Assembly: GCA_963693365.1 (NCBI GenBank)
Contig: CAVNZM010000011.1
Span: 5,165,921 to 5,229,920 of the forward strand
Reading direction: 5' to 3'
DNA: 64,000 nt
DNA from: Amoebidium appalachense
Lineage: Eukaryota > Protista > Ichthyosporea
Of this stretch, positions 1-10,134 are shown one piece after another (position 1 is the first letter of the stretch; every line of letters begins with the position of its first letter). The position numbers were made by a program, and so were the translations under genes. Under the pieces are notes generated by a model. That model did not search any database and had not been told where the DNA came from. It saw only the letters and a program-made list of their open reading frames with translations.

Positions 1-81
1 AGCAGCATGATACACAGATACTTGGTTTATTTCGTGCATGAACTTCTCCCGGAAGCACATCAAACAACTTCCAAGCCCTCC

Positions 82-185
82 CATGCTAACACCATCCCAT
101 CAAACCAACCCCCATCTAGCTCATGCTAACACCATCCCATCAAACCAACCCCCATCTAGCTCATGCTAACACCACCCCATCAACC
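82..185. repeat. 40-bp tandem repeat, ~2.5 copies
   Basis: CATGCTAACACCATCCCATCAAACCAACCCCCATCTAGCT at 82 and 122, partial at 162. Confidence 0.9.
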
Positions 186-205
186 CCCCCCCCCCCCCTC
201 AGCCC

Positions 206-1069
206 TCACTCAAGCTCCGCAACAACCTTCATCACCCAATCATACCCCTCCCGCAGGCGCTGCTCAATCATCTCCATGTCCTGAACAAAATAGTGGTTGC
301 CCTCATCCCACCAAACGGGAACCTCCACCGCCCACTCATCGATCGATGCCGCAAGAGCAGAGTCTCTCTCCTCCGCCCCCCACACATCGTCCGAGTCGAT
401 ACGTTTCCCGGGAGGGTACTTCGGATCCCTCTGCACTCGATCAAACAGAAATATCTCGCACTGCCGGAGCACGTTGCCACTTGCAAGCTCCCCGGGTGTG
501 AGCGCAAAGGGGACGAGGTTTGGACGGGGAGAACCGGGGGGGCGGGGAACGTAGGCGAACTGGCCGGGCCCCTCCCCGCCCTGGCGGCGGTGGACACGTT
601 CGGCAATCCGATGGCGCAGCGCTTGCTTGTTGCGCTCCACAGCATCCTCCGCCGACCAAAAACCCACATACCCGTCCTTAACAGCCCGAGCCGCCTCTGC
701 CATGTCGTGGAGCGCCTGCGCCACCGCCCGTGCCTTAGCCGCGCCCACGACGTTGCGCCCAGGCTGCTGCAGGTACTGGCGCAGACCCGGCACGACGGAC
801 TGTGCAGCCACGGCGCACCCCCCGAACTCCGTGACCAACGGACGCACCTTGTCGCGCGCGGGCCCGACGGCGTTCTCTGCGGCGACGAGGGCAAGGATGG
901 CGTCCTGGCAGTGGTTTAATTCCCTGCACACCTTCACATGCGAGGGGATCTGGTCGCTGTGCATGTCAGCGACACAAGCGCGGCACTTGACCATGTATTT
1001 GTCCTTGGTGTTCTTAGTGAAAAGGTGATCGGTCAGCCATTTGTAGCTGCGCTTGCCTACTTGTTCCAT
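206..1069 (-). CDS. Hypothetical protein (287 aa) with N-terminal BED-like C2HC zinc finger
   Basis: ATG at 1069 (MEQVGKR); motif W..H...KCRAC-x11-HVKVC; long GC-rich open frame. Confidence 0.6.
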   Translation of the reverse strand: MEQVGKRSYKWLTDHLFTKNTKDKYMVKCRACVADMHSDQIPSHVKVCRELNHCQDAILALVAAENAVGPARDKVRPLVTEFGGCAVAAQSVVPGLRQYLQQPGRNVVGAAKARAVAQALHDMAEAARAVKDGYVGFWSAEDAVERNKQALRHRIAERVHRRQGGEGPGQFAYVPRPPGSPRPNLVPFALTPGELASGNVLRQCEIFLFDRVQRDPKYPPGKRIDSDDVWGAEERDSALAASIDEWAVEVPVWWDEGNHYFVQDMEMIEQRLREGYDWVMKVVAELE

Positions 1070-1909
1070 GGTGTGTGTGTGTAGAAATGGGGGTGCAAAG
1101 CGAAAAATCAGTAAAAGGCGACCTAACAAGCGACTTCAAAGCCTTTGATGTTGACACTACAGAAGGTGTGTGAAAGTGACACCCTATCAGCTGTGCCGTG
1201 CCCTTAGAAGCCAATTCCCAACTGATGCTGACGAAATGATATCCAGTCACGCGTTTGATTGGGAGAATGCTTTCAGATCCAGATCACCAAACTGCACGAT
1301 TGGCTGCTGGGGATTGGATCACACCCAATTCAAGATCCAATCAGATCCCGCGAAGAGCAGGCAATGCCAGTGCTTCAAGATTTTTCAATGACAGCTGATG
1401 GCTTTTTCTCTTCTATCCCTTAGAACCAAACATAAGAATAAAATCAAACGTTTTATACCTAATTTCATATTCAAGATAGTTTTATAAACAATTCGGTCAC
1501 ATTTCAAACAGAAATCGCGAAGAAATAGTCCTTTCAACGATTACAAACAGATTCTGAAACCTTGGTCAGGATCTTGAACGCTTTCGACCAATCAGATCGA
1601 ATAGCGGGGTAGCCAACTGCGCGCTGCTTTGGCCGTTTATTGGCACATCTGGCGCTGCTTTGGAACGAAGTTGTGGTTCCGCGTTGCCTGTTCCGGGGCC
1701 TGGGGGGGGCGCCTGTGGCACACAGACCCGTGAGACCACTGTGCCATCCGTGCCTCGCGTGCCCCTCATGCCCCCAGGCCCCGCTCCTAGGAAAAAGCAA
1801 TCGGCGAACAGGGTCCACCCCCGGCACCTGTTCTCCAAGGATCCGGGAGACATGGTTGGGGATGCCATGGTGTTCTCTTGGGTTCCGGGAGACATGGGGG
1901 GGACCGGCG

Positions 1910-2449
1910 ATGCTGTTCTCTAGCAAATCACGGGCCAAACGTTCATGGGCACTGCCGTGTTCTCTCTGGTTTGTGGAGAAATCGGTGGACTGGGTAGGGG
2001 GCGGGGGGCAGGAGAACAGGGTGGTGAACAGGGTGGTGCGCTTTGCGCTTCCCGCAGGCTGCAGTCATCAGTACCTTGCACCGTTCAAGATCGAAGAGGC
2101 TCTCAAGCGTCTGTTCGAAAGGACACGCACCGAACTCCAAGGCTGCAATGACGTTCTCGGTGCCATACAGGTGGCCGCCCGTTTCCTCGGGGAGTTCCTC
2201 TACATCCACCCGTTCAGCAACGGCAACGGGCGCGTCGCCCGTCTGTTGGTCAGCGTGCTGATATCGCCCTATATTGCCGTTCCCCTCTCGTTGTACACAG
2301 ACCGCAGCTCCCGCGAGCGCTACCACTCGCTGCTGCTGGCCGCGCAGAGCCAGCCGCCCCCCCACGACTACTCCGAGCTGGCGGCCTTCGTGCTGGACTG
2401 CGCAAGGGCAAACCTGGTCTCGGTGTGCAACGCCCTGGATTTGGAATGA
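1910..2449 (+). CDS. Fic/Doc-family (Fido) domain protein, N-terminus uncertain or truncated
   Basis: FLGEFLYIHPFSNGNGRVARLL matches the Fic motif HPFx(D/E)GNGRxxR with N at the acidic position. Protein-like sequence starts at ~2058 after a possible acceptor CTTCCCGCAG; the first nearby in-frame ATG is 1910. Confidence 0.8.
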   Translation: MLFSSKSRAKRSWALPCSLWFVEKSVDWVGGGGQENRVVNRVVRFALPAGCSHQYLAPFKIEEALKRLFERTRTELQGCNDVLGAIQVAARFLGEFLYIHPFSNGNGRVARLLVSVLISPYIAVPLSLYTDRSSRERYHSLLLAAQSQPPPHDYSELAAFVLDCARANLVSVCNALDLE

Positions 2450-2759
2450 AGCCGTCAACTCTTATCGCGCCCTACATCAACATGGACACACCCTCCCAAG
2501 CCAGGACACGTGTGCGGATATTTGTGCTAGTCTGTCTCTGACAGACGCCTCGTCGTAGTCGGCCATCATATAAGCACAAAGAAAAAAAAAACATCAAGCC
2601 CAAGCGAGCCGCCGGTGAGCCACCGTGCCTCCCCCGTCCTCCCCGGCCCCATGCTTAGTGTGCCACCCCCAGCCACTCCCAGCCCCCCATGCCCCGCCGC
2701 GGTAGCTTTGAAAGCTGTTTTCAGACTAAGTGCAAGACCTGCTTGCTCGTCTCTAACGT

Positions 2760-3230
2760 TTATTGGATGTCGACATGGTGTTTTCGGATGTGATACCAGA
2801 GACTGGCTCGCTGGCGATATGACACCTGGCAGCCTGGTTCCTTACATTGGTATGGGCGGTCTCCAGTGTGGCGATTCATGTGCACTACGAGTGCGTCTTT
2901 ACTATTAAAGTTGGCTTCACAACCATCCCATGTGCATTTAAATGCTCTTGCATCTGTGTGCTTGTACTGGTGCATTTTTAGTTGGCTTTTACATCTAAAC
3001 ACAGCTTTACACCCATCCCAACTGCATTGGTATGGTGCTTCCCCCGTGTGAAGCCGATAGTGAACCTCGAACGAGTGTTTCTGTGTAAATCTTCTTATGC
3101 ACCCTGGCCACGAACAGACATGAGGACGGTGACCCAGGTGTGTGAGAGTGTGTCGCCTGAGTGCTGCATTACTATCAAAAGGCATTTTACAAGTCTCCCA
3201 ATCACACACAAAGGCTAGTTGCGCCTCCAT
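2760..3230 (-). CDS. C2H2 zinc-finger protein, 5 tandem fingers (156 aa)
   Basis: Five Cx4C-x12-Hx3H fingers (mostly CxWxxC) with HTGEAPY and HTGDRPY linkers; single exon. Confidence 0.92.
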   Translation of the reverse strand: MEAQLAFVCDWETCKMPFDSNAALRRHTLTHLGHRPHVCSWPGCIRRFTQKHSFEVHYRLHTGEAPYQCSWDGCKAVFRCKSQLKMHQYKHTDARAFKCTWDGCEANFNSKDALVVHMNRHTGDRPYQCKEPGCQVSYRQRASLWYHIRKHHVDIQ

Positions 3231-3373
3231 GTTTCACTGTAAACTCTGGATAAAAAAAAAATATTAACCATCTGGACTGATCGGGGGTTCTCTGATGTCG
3301 ATTATCGCAACCCCCAAAACACCCTATCCTCCAATCAAATGGCTCCGTTTTTTGACCTCCCCTAGGCTCAAAC

Positions 3374-3538
3374 CCTCTCCCGACCTCCCGATTCTCCCGA
3401 TAAAATAACCTTATATAGAAGCAGTAAGAAATCAATTAGAAAAACTGCAAAGTTACGTGACTTTTAACCAATCATTATCTCCCGATATCTCCCGATGTTG
3501 GATTTCGACCGGGAGATCGATCTGGAGATATCGGGAGA
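3374..3538. repeat. Iterated CTCCCGA motif with 15-bp inverted repeat
   Basis: CTCCCGA three times at 3374-3400; TCTCCCGATATCTCC (3478-3492) pairs with GGAGATATCGGGAGA (3524-3538). Confidence 0.75.
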
Positions 3539-3543
3539 ATTGT

Positions 3544-5070
3544 TCAAGCCTTAGCAATGGCTCTTGGGCATAATATATAGCAATCTGCCTTCGCGCTGGT
3601 ACCGGTTGGGGGGTGGTATGGCCATCTGCAGATGTTTGCTTCCAGTGTAGTCTTCGGCTTGCCCAGAATTTTCCTGATAGCCATCCCAAAAGTCCGGTTG
3701 CTTGGCAGTTTTGTGTCTCGGGCATTGATCTTGTGCCAAGCTTGGTACAGCTGAAACAGGCCTGTAGGGGTAACAGCACAGCCGCTGTAAATGAAGTCAA
3801 ACTCCTCACAGCCATTTGTGTGAGAGATGAGGTCCTTGAGAAATTGAGCCTCGTCGCTCCGGCTAATCGATTTGATGTTCATCTTTGTGTCGTTATCCAT
3901 AGGCCTGGGCATTGTTTGGGGGATGTCTGGCATGTTCATGAAGTCGTGGTAAATTGCTGCCAATACGTCAGGACGTCTGTGATACTCCACAAAGGCCTCG
4001 AAATATTTGTGGTCACCAATCCGTTCCGGACTGACCCCAAAACATGCCCATCGCCTATCACTGGTCTCCACACGTACAGGCCAATCTTCGTTAGACAAGA
4101 CAACATATCGCTCATACGAGTTGGTGTTGATTGCATCACATCCTTTCTTCTCCAACATCATGGTGGGCTGTGTAATGCGCGCCTTCATTAAGTTGTTAGT
4201 TTCGTGTGAACCACCCCACGTCACCTCGTCGCACAGCACAAGAAGTTTGTTTGCAATGTGCTGGTTGAACTTTCCCGACATGTGCTCCCGGTGAATGACA
4301 TAGGCGTAGTACTCTGGTGAAAGGATGTCCATGATTGCCTGCCACCACACGTTCTTTCCGGTTCCTTGTTCAGATACAAACAGCAGTGCTGTACCTGGTT
4401 TGCTTCCAGGGTACTGAAACAGGTGGGCAACCCACATCCGCAGATAACTGTACTCGTCTTCCCGGTTGTTGCACAGAACCCTTCTGGCATGCTCGTGGAA
4501 CGAGCTGGTCAGGTCTTGACGCAGACAGTACTCTGGGTCAAAATTGAAACGGAGTCCTCGATAGATATTGTATGGACGATAGACCGAATCGGTATTGTCT
4601 GGCTTTCGTTTTCCGGTTTTGGGGTCAGGATCAGCTGGGTCAAAGATGATCTTGGTGTAGATGGGGATTGCGGTTGTTTTTAAGATTTCTGTCCCATTAA
4701 TTGGAGGTTGGGGCTTCCATTGTTTTCCAACCTTCATGTTTGGCTGCCGAAATGAAAAGAGTGAAAGTGTTGCATAGATTTCCTGCTTGCTGACGATCTT
4801 TGCAACATGCTGTTTAATCTCATGGTCAAATGTTTTCAGGACAAATAGAGTTGTCCCGCTGATGTGTGCAACATTGGCGCCTATGAATTCCTCCACCTCC
4901 TCTCTCGCCCACTCTCTGAATTCGCAGGTCGCTGGGTTCATCATCAGCCCCCTATAGGCATCAGCCCCGAGATACTCAAATGCTTCAAAGCGCTCTTTGC
5001 TTCTCTTTCTGATACGCTCTTGATCGATGCCAAACATTGTCTCTTGTCCAGTTTGTTGGTGTGTCTGCAT
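3544..5070 (-). CDS. SF3 / D5-like primase-associated helicase (DUF5906 / NrS-1-like C-terminal helicase), 508 aa
   Basis: Walker A SEQGTGKN, Walker B LLVLCDE, motif B' EKKG, motif C VVLSN, arginine finger SDRRW; preceded by WVAHLFQYPGSKPGTAL typical of this family; probable C-terminal winged helix (LFQLYQAW...SNRTFGMAI). Confidence 0.9.
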   Translation of the reverse strand: MQTHQQTGQETMFGIDQERIRKRSKERFEAFEYLGADAYRGLMMNPATCEFREWAREEVEEFIGANVAHISGTTLFVLKTFDHEIKQHVAKIVSKQEIYATLSLFSFRQPNMKVGKQWKPQPPINGTEILKTTAIPIYTKIIFDPADPDPKTGKRKPDNTDSVYRPYNIYRGLRFNFDPEYCLRQDLTSSFHEHARRVLCNNREDEYSYLRMWVAHLFQYPGSKPGTALLFVSEQGTGKNVWWQAIMDILSPEYYAYVIHREHMSGKFNQHIANKLLVLCDEVTWGGSHETNNLMKARITQPTMMLEKKGCDAINTNSYERYVVLSNEDWPVRVETSDRRWACFGVSPERIGDHKYFEAFVEYHRRPDVLAAIYHDFMNMPDIPQTMPRPMDNDTKMNIKSISRSDEAQFLKDLISHTNGCEEFDFIYSGCAVTPTGLFQLYQAWHKINARDTKLPSNRTFGMAIRKILGKPKTTLEANICRWPYHPPTGTSAKADCYILCPRAIAKA

Positions 5071-5175
5071 TATTAGTATTGCTGAGAAAATATTTACGCA
5101 GGGACACTGCTGGAAAATACTGAATTTTCTGCCTTTTATACCCTTGGGGTTGGGGCTGCCGGGTCCAGAAAACTC

Positions 5176-5670
5176 TCAATTTTTCGATGCGTCGCCCTGG
5201 AAAATGTTGAACGTCCGGCTATGGGTAGACGTGTAACGCGGGTTGCGAACGCCAGTCTCGGGATCGGGGTCGTTGCGGTCGAAGACGATGCCACCGTGGT
5301 AAACGACCATATGACTGCTGTCCAAGTGCCACGATCCCTTGTATATCTTTATCTTCTTGCCTGTCGGGTTGTATTTGAACTTGTACTTGGACAGCATGTC
5401 GGCCACATTCTTCTTCGACTTGATCTCGAAGACGAATCTCCCATCCTTGAAACGCTTGAAGATGTACGCACCGTCCGGGTGGGAATATGCCACCAGAGTA
5501 CGGCAGAACGTATGAATCTGCTCCTCCGTCCACTCGTGTTGCTCAACGATGTCCGCGTCCAACCAGTTGTTGCGAGTGCCTGTTGTCCTCTCAAACTCCT
5601 CGTATGCTGCAAGCTTGAGCTGCTCGTTCTCGGACATACCCGTTGCTATCTTCATGTACAGATCTTCCAT
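5176..5670 (-). CDS. Short paralogue of the helicase N-terminal domain (164 aa), no ATPase
   Basis: IVFDRNDPDPETGVRNPRYTSTHSRTFNIFQG aligns to helicase IIFDPADPDPKTGKRKPDNTDSVYRPYNIYRG; ATG at 5670 with TATAAATA ~60 nt upstream. Confidence 0.75.
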   Translation of the reverse strand: MEDLYMKIATGMSENEQLKLAAYEEFERTTGTRNNWLDADIVEQHEWTEEQIHTFCRTLVAYSHPDGAYIFKRFKDGRFVFEIKSKKNVADMLSKYKFKYNPTGKKIKIYKGSWHLDSSHMVVYHGGIVFDRNDPDPETGVRNPRYTSTHSRTFNIFQGDASKN

Positions 5671-5731
5671 GTTGTCCGTTGTATATATGGTTAGATAATA
5701 TCTGACGGGTGTCGCCTTGTGTTTGGGGTAT

Positions 5732-6170
5732 TTATATCGGCTCGGATGCTGAACCCACCAGCTCGGGGTGCGCGGCTCTGACATGGCAGTTGAGCGCAGC
5801 CGACCGGTTGAACGCAGATGTACATCCCACAGACGGACACCTGAGGGTGTTCCGCACAGGCTGTTTTGGCGTCTTGTTTTCCTTGTGGACTAAGCGCCGG
5901 TGCCACCACAGTGCGGCAGGGTACGGGGAAGTCGGCCGGGCACGTGTCACAGACGTATGGCCGCTCACCGGTATGCATTCGCACATGCAGCTTCATGTAA
6001 TCGCTGCGGGTAAAGGTAGCAAAGCAGCCTTCATGGGGGCACGTGTAAGGGCGTTTCTCGGAGTGTGTTGCGGCACGGTGTCTTTTCATGCTTGCGTTTG
6101 TGGTGAACGTTTGGGCACAGTCGGTGCATGGAAATACTCTCTTGTGTGGGGGTCTGCATGGTTCAGCCAT
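5732..6170 (-). pseudogene. C2H2 zinc-finger gene (4 fingers) with a 1-nt frameshift
   Basis: Fingers 1-2 and half of finger 3 in ORF 5691..6170; remainder (PYPAALWWHRRLVH...CPSVGC...HVRAAH) in ORF 5732..5986. Removing one base from the G4 run at 5925-5928 restores CDTCPADFPYPAALWWHRRLVH. Confidence 0.8.
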
Positions 6171-6215
6171 TGCTAAAGAAAGGGTAGAAAATGAATGTGG
6201 GCCCCCCCCCCCCCC

Positions 6216-6470
6216 CTACCACCTGTACACCAGCAGGCCAGCGAGCAGCACGAGCAGTACCATGCATGCAAGCGCTATGCCCCTCCACATCGAAGCCCTC
6301 TTGAGCTGTGCATCATGGTCGTCCAATGAAGTGCCCATGTAGAGCATGAAGCGCGTGTTGTTGTCGATGGTCAGGTGGTACTCGTGCGGGTCAGCGGCAA
6401 TGTCATCCCTGCGCAACCACGAGTTACTCGGGTTGTCAAATCTCAGGTTTGCAATGTTCGGAGAAGTCAT
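6216..6470 (-). CDS. Small hypothetical protein with C-terminal transmembrane helix (84 aa)
   Basis: ATG 6470 (MTSPNIAN...); ends GIALACMVLLVLLAGLLVYRW. Confidence 0.5.
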   Translation of the reverse strand: MTSPNIANLRFDNPSNSWLRRDDIAADPHEYHLTIDNNTRFMLYMGTSLDDHDAQLKRASMWRGIALACMVLLVLLAGLLVYRW

Positions 6471-6550
6471 ACCTTCCGAAGAGATAGTTTGGAGCGCCCC
6501 CTCCCCAGCAACTCGGGGAGCACACACAGAGATTATGCATCGCAGTGCTA

Positions 6551-6922
6551 ATGGAACCTAAAAACCGCTGGGACGTAGGGCGCGCCAAGACGGAGGACGC
6601 ACTGACGAGGTACATGGACAGGGTGTGCTCGGGTGAGGATCCGGAAGGAACATGGTGGTTCACCACCATGGCCCCGGGCGGCGCAACCACCGAGGACCTG
6701 AGCACAGCACTTGAAGATTGGGGTGAGCGCTGGCTTGACTATTTTTTCAAAGAGGTCGGCCACGTGGTGGAGGCAGCAGGGCTGCCGCTGCGCGAGGGTG
6801 TCTTTGACAGAGCCTACGGGCGCAACCGCAACCAGGAGTTCGAGGGGGTGGGTGCGGACCTTGATGAGTGGAACGAGGGGACCCCCTGGAGCAACGCGGG
6901 CAACGTGGGGCATGCCTTATAG
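6551..6922 (+). CDS. Hypothetical acidic, Trp-rich protein (123 aa)
   Basis: ATG 6551, GC-rich open frame followed by AT-rich intergenic DNA; no recognised domain. Confidence 0.5.
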   Translation: MEPKNRWDVGRAKTEDALTRYMDRVCSGEDPEGTWWFTTMAPGGATTEDLSTALEDWGERWLDYFFKEVGHVVEAAGLPLREGVFDRAYGRNRNQEFEGVGADLDEWNEGTPWSNAGNVGHAL

Positions 6923-7590
6923 CAAAAAATCTTAAACAGTTTCGGGGTGAATATATAATGTAAATCCAACGATCCAAATAATGGTTTTGCAACTTCACAT
7001 TGGGGTGAATATACAATGTAAATCCAACAACAGAAATAAAAATATCAATGTGCTTGGCGCTTTACTCGCACACTCTGTCGGAGCACCAGTCTCCGGTATT
7101 TTGGCATGAACTCGTCTGCATAGACGTACTTCCTTGCACGTCTGTGACCCCTCTTTTTGGACCGACCTCTTCGTTTTGACATGACGTTCACCCAAAAATT
7201 GTGGGCGACCTCTCCTAGTGAAACCACTTTCTCCGCTTACACCCTGCGGCACATTGGTTGCTGGTCCACGCGCCCTCCTCGAGCTCGAGATACACCTTGC
7301 GCCACCCGGGCTCCGCGCGCTTGATCTCGCACGCCACCACAATGTCTCCCGGTCGCACACCTGCGGTCCACATGCTTGTGCAACAGCGCACGCTCAGCAC
7401 CTCACACTCCGATTCGGGCCCACGTACACACACACCGAAACACGCAAGCGCGCACTCGTGGTCATGCAGCGCCTCGAGAACTGGCACCTTGCGAATGAGT
7501 GTGCGCCGACGCAGGCGGGGACTCTGGAGGGTATAAAAGCGTGTGTCTGACACGGGGAGCTGCCAGTCTGAATCTGCACCAGAACCGACC

Positions 7591-8109
7591 ATGGCTTTTG
7601 AGCAGGACCTGAAGCTATTTGTCAATCGGCTGTCGCTGCTTGTATCCAACATGACGTTCGACTCGAACGGCGCCGGGAGGGTGGCAAGCCGGCCGCTACA
7701 GCTCCACGCAAGACTCGGGAAGGGCGACACGATGCTGTCGGACACGATGCTGCCGCTGCAGTCGGTGGAAACGTCGAACAGGACTGGACTCAACCACCTT
7801 GTGTTTTCGACGTGTCCGCTGGAGGGGGCCGGGGATGCGGTGACCATCGACCTGGATTGGGGCAAGTCGTTTCGGCTGACCTGGGAGCGCTGGGACACCA
7901 CGCTGTCGCTGCTGCCACCGAGGGATCCGACGGAGGAGGAGGGCATGAGCGAGGGACGAGCTGTCCCCATGGAGGCAAAGAGAAAACGAACAACCCTTCT
8001 GCGAATCGACTTTTTGAAGGACTTCCTTTGGCATGACATGGGGTGCGACATTCTGTCGCTGCAGTTATATGAATCAGTACAGAAAAATAGGCGGCAGTGT
8101 AGAGAATAA
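7591..8109 (+). CDS. Hypothetical protein (172 aa)
   Basis: ACCATGG start at 7591; TATAAAAG at 7532-7539. Confidence 0.55.
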   Translation: MAFEQDLKLFVNRLSLLVSNMTFDSNGAGRVASRPLQLHARLGKGDTMLSDTMLPLQSVETSNRTGLNHLVFSTCPLEGAGDAVTIDLDWGKSFRLTWERWDTTLSLLPPRDPTEEEGMSEGRAVPMEAKRKRTTLLRIDFLKDFLWHDMGCDILSLQLYESVQKNRRQCRE

Positions 8110-8503
8110 TGCAGGTATCACGCAGTGCGTGTGTGTGTGCGACTGCCGGTGAAGGTGCAACTGTGCCCTGGATGGCGCAGCATGTGAATATAAGGAGGCC
8201 CACAGCCAGGGAGTCATCGGAGCACATGTCTGGTGTGCGTTGGGATTATGGTCGATAATATTGTTACAAATATGTGGGTTTGGAGTGTCCATTAGGGAGC
8301 CAGCCCTACACTCAGGATATATATATATATATAAGTATAAGCAGATACACGTCACCTGAAACTTGTTGCACTGAGTAACAATAATTATCTTACTCAAGGT
8401 ACTGATTCTGAGTAACACAGACAAGTGTCCCACACTAGATGTTACTCGACCAAATATGGTAAAGGTTTCCTTTTTAGGTATAAAAATATGCAATTGTCAT
8501 ATA

Positions 8504-8638
8504 GTGAGTAGGATGAGTAGGATGAGTACGTACTCATCTACTGCGGGCTACGGGTATACCTAAATCTCAATCCAAAAGGAAATTGGAACACCCGGGGGGA
8601 GACCAGATGAGTAGGTACTCAAGCTACTCATCCTACTG
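8504..8638. repeat. Iterated GATGAGTA motif with perfect 18-bp palindrome
   Basis: GATGAGTACGTACTCATC at 8521-8538; AGTAGGATGAGTAG (8507-8520) is the inverse of CTACTCATCCTACT (8624-8637). Confidence 0.8.
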
Positions 8639-8649
8639 ACCCCATCACT

Positions 8650-8859
8650 GCCTATAGGCATGCCCCGTGTGCAGGGCACTGATTTCTACCCTCTTCTGGT
8701 TGGTGCCAAGAGGCAGTGCCCTACACGTGTGGTGTCTAAACAGCCTATAGGCATGCTCCGTGTGCAGGGCACTAATTTGTTGTGCCTTCCTTTTTTGGTT
8801 AGATCTATACCCGGCCAATGGTTAGCAGCCACGGGTTTGTTTTCATCAAGCTTAGACGT
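8650..8859. repeat. Left arm of ~210-bp inverted repeat (partner 14049-14257)
   Basis: Reverse complement of 14049-14257 with few mismatches; includes ~1.3 units of the 92-bp array. Confidence 0.92.
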
Positions 8860-8917
8860 TAATACATACTAAGTAACAGAATGAAATCACTCGCAAGTGT
8901 TATCCCTCATGATTGTA

Positions 8918-9274
8918 TCAATCCGTTTCATCCGGAGTCTTAGCGGACTGGCCCAGCCGTATGAGACAGGCCCGTAGAAAGTCCTTTTGCTTCTTCAGCT
9001 TGTCGTTTTCCAGCTGCAGCTCTTGGTTCTCCACCACCAAATTCTTGTTCTCTTCGCACACCTTGTTGCGCTCCTCTTGCAGGCCCTTGATCACCTCCCG
9101 CTGGTTCTTGTTCATTGTGCGCAGCGCGTCGTTGTCCTTGTCCATGTCGTTGTTCAACTCCCTCAGCTGCTGGATCAGCCCGTGCAGCCCCTCGTTGGCC
9201 TCCTTCAGCATCTTGTTGGTCTCTTGCAGCTGCTCGGTGTGTGCATCTTGGCGCTGTGTATCTGTTTCATCCAT
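8918..9274 (-). CDS. Coiled-coil hypothetical protein (118 aa)
   Basis: Continuous heptad pattern LQETNKMLKEANEGL...LQLENDKLKKQKDFL. Confidence 0.65.
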   Translation of the reverse strand: MDETDTQRQDAHTEQLQETNKMLKEANEGLHGLIQQLRELNNDMDKDNDALRTMNKNQREVIKGLQEERNKVCEENKNLVVENQELQLENDKLKKQKDFLRACLIRLGQSAKTPDETD

Positions 9275-10134
9275 TGTGTCGTTTGCAGCCGGTTGGGCAG
9301 GAGGTGTTTAGTTTTTATCCACGAAGCAAAGCAGTGTGAACAAAAAAAACGTCCCTCTTATTTTTACGAAGCAAAAGTGTGACCCAAAAAAAAAACGTTC
9401 CTCTTACACAATGCAAAATAAAGCAAAATCCTATGATGCGCAAACACACCGTGAACTAAAAAAACTCGCCACTGATTATTTACAAAGTAAAGCAGTGTGA
9501 ACAAAAAAAAAAAAGCGCTCCTTACACAGTGCAAAATAAAACACACACACACACACACCAAGCCATTTGTATCCAGCTCGGACCCCTTTTTGTGCGCACA
9601 CTTCTGGTTGGTGTATAAGTATTGGATCCACGTGAGCGCGAGTTTCCTAAGTGCTGCTCAAAAAGTGACATGTTGTTCCCAGCAGGCAGTGCACCGATTC
9701 GCTATCAATTGACATCGTGTTCAAGCAGTCAGCACCATGTGATTGTGTACTTTTCCTGACCAATTTTTGTATCCCTGATAGACAGAATAATGCTCGTAAT
9801 TGTTGGGAAGCATATTCGTGTTTTTTTAGGAGTTGCTACATCAAAATACATTGTGTTCAAACACTGACGGCCAAGTTGCAAAGATCGGATTACAATCCAA
9901 TCTGTCAAATGACAATTCTCAAGTCAAAACATGCTCTTGTTGATCCAATCAGAATTCATCAATCAGTCAGCAGATTTGGTTGAGCCCCAACTTATCGGAT
10001 ACACCAAGATGCCCAAATGACAATTAGCCAATCAGATATTCACGCGATCTCTAGATCCAATCAAGCGTCGCGGCTGGGTTATATCCAACCAATCTAATGC
10101 AATAAAGCATCTGATGCCAAAGCCGGGCACGGCA

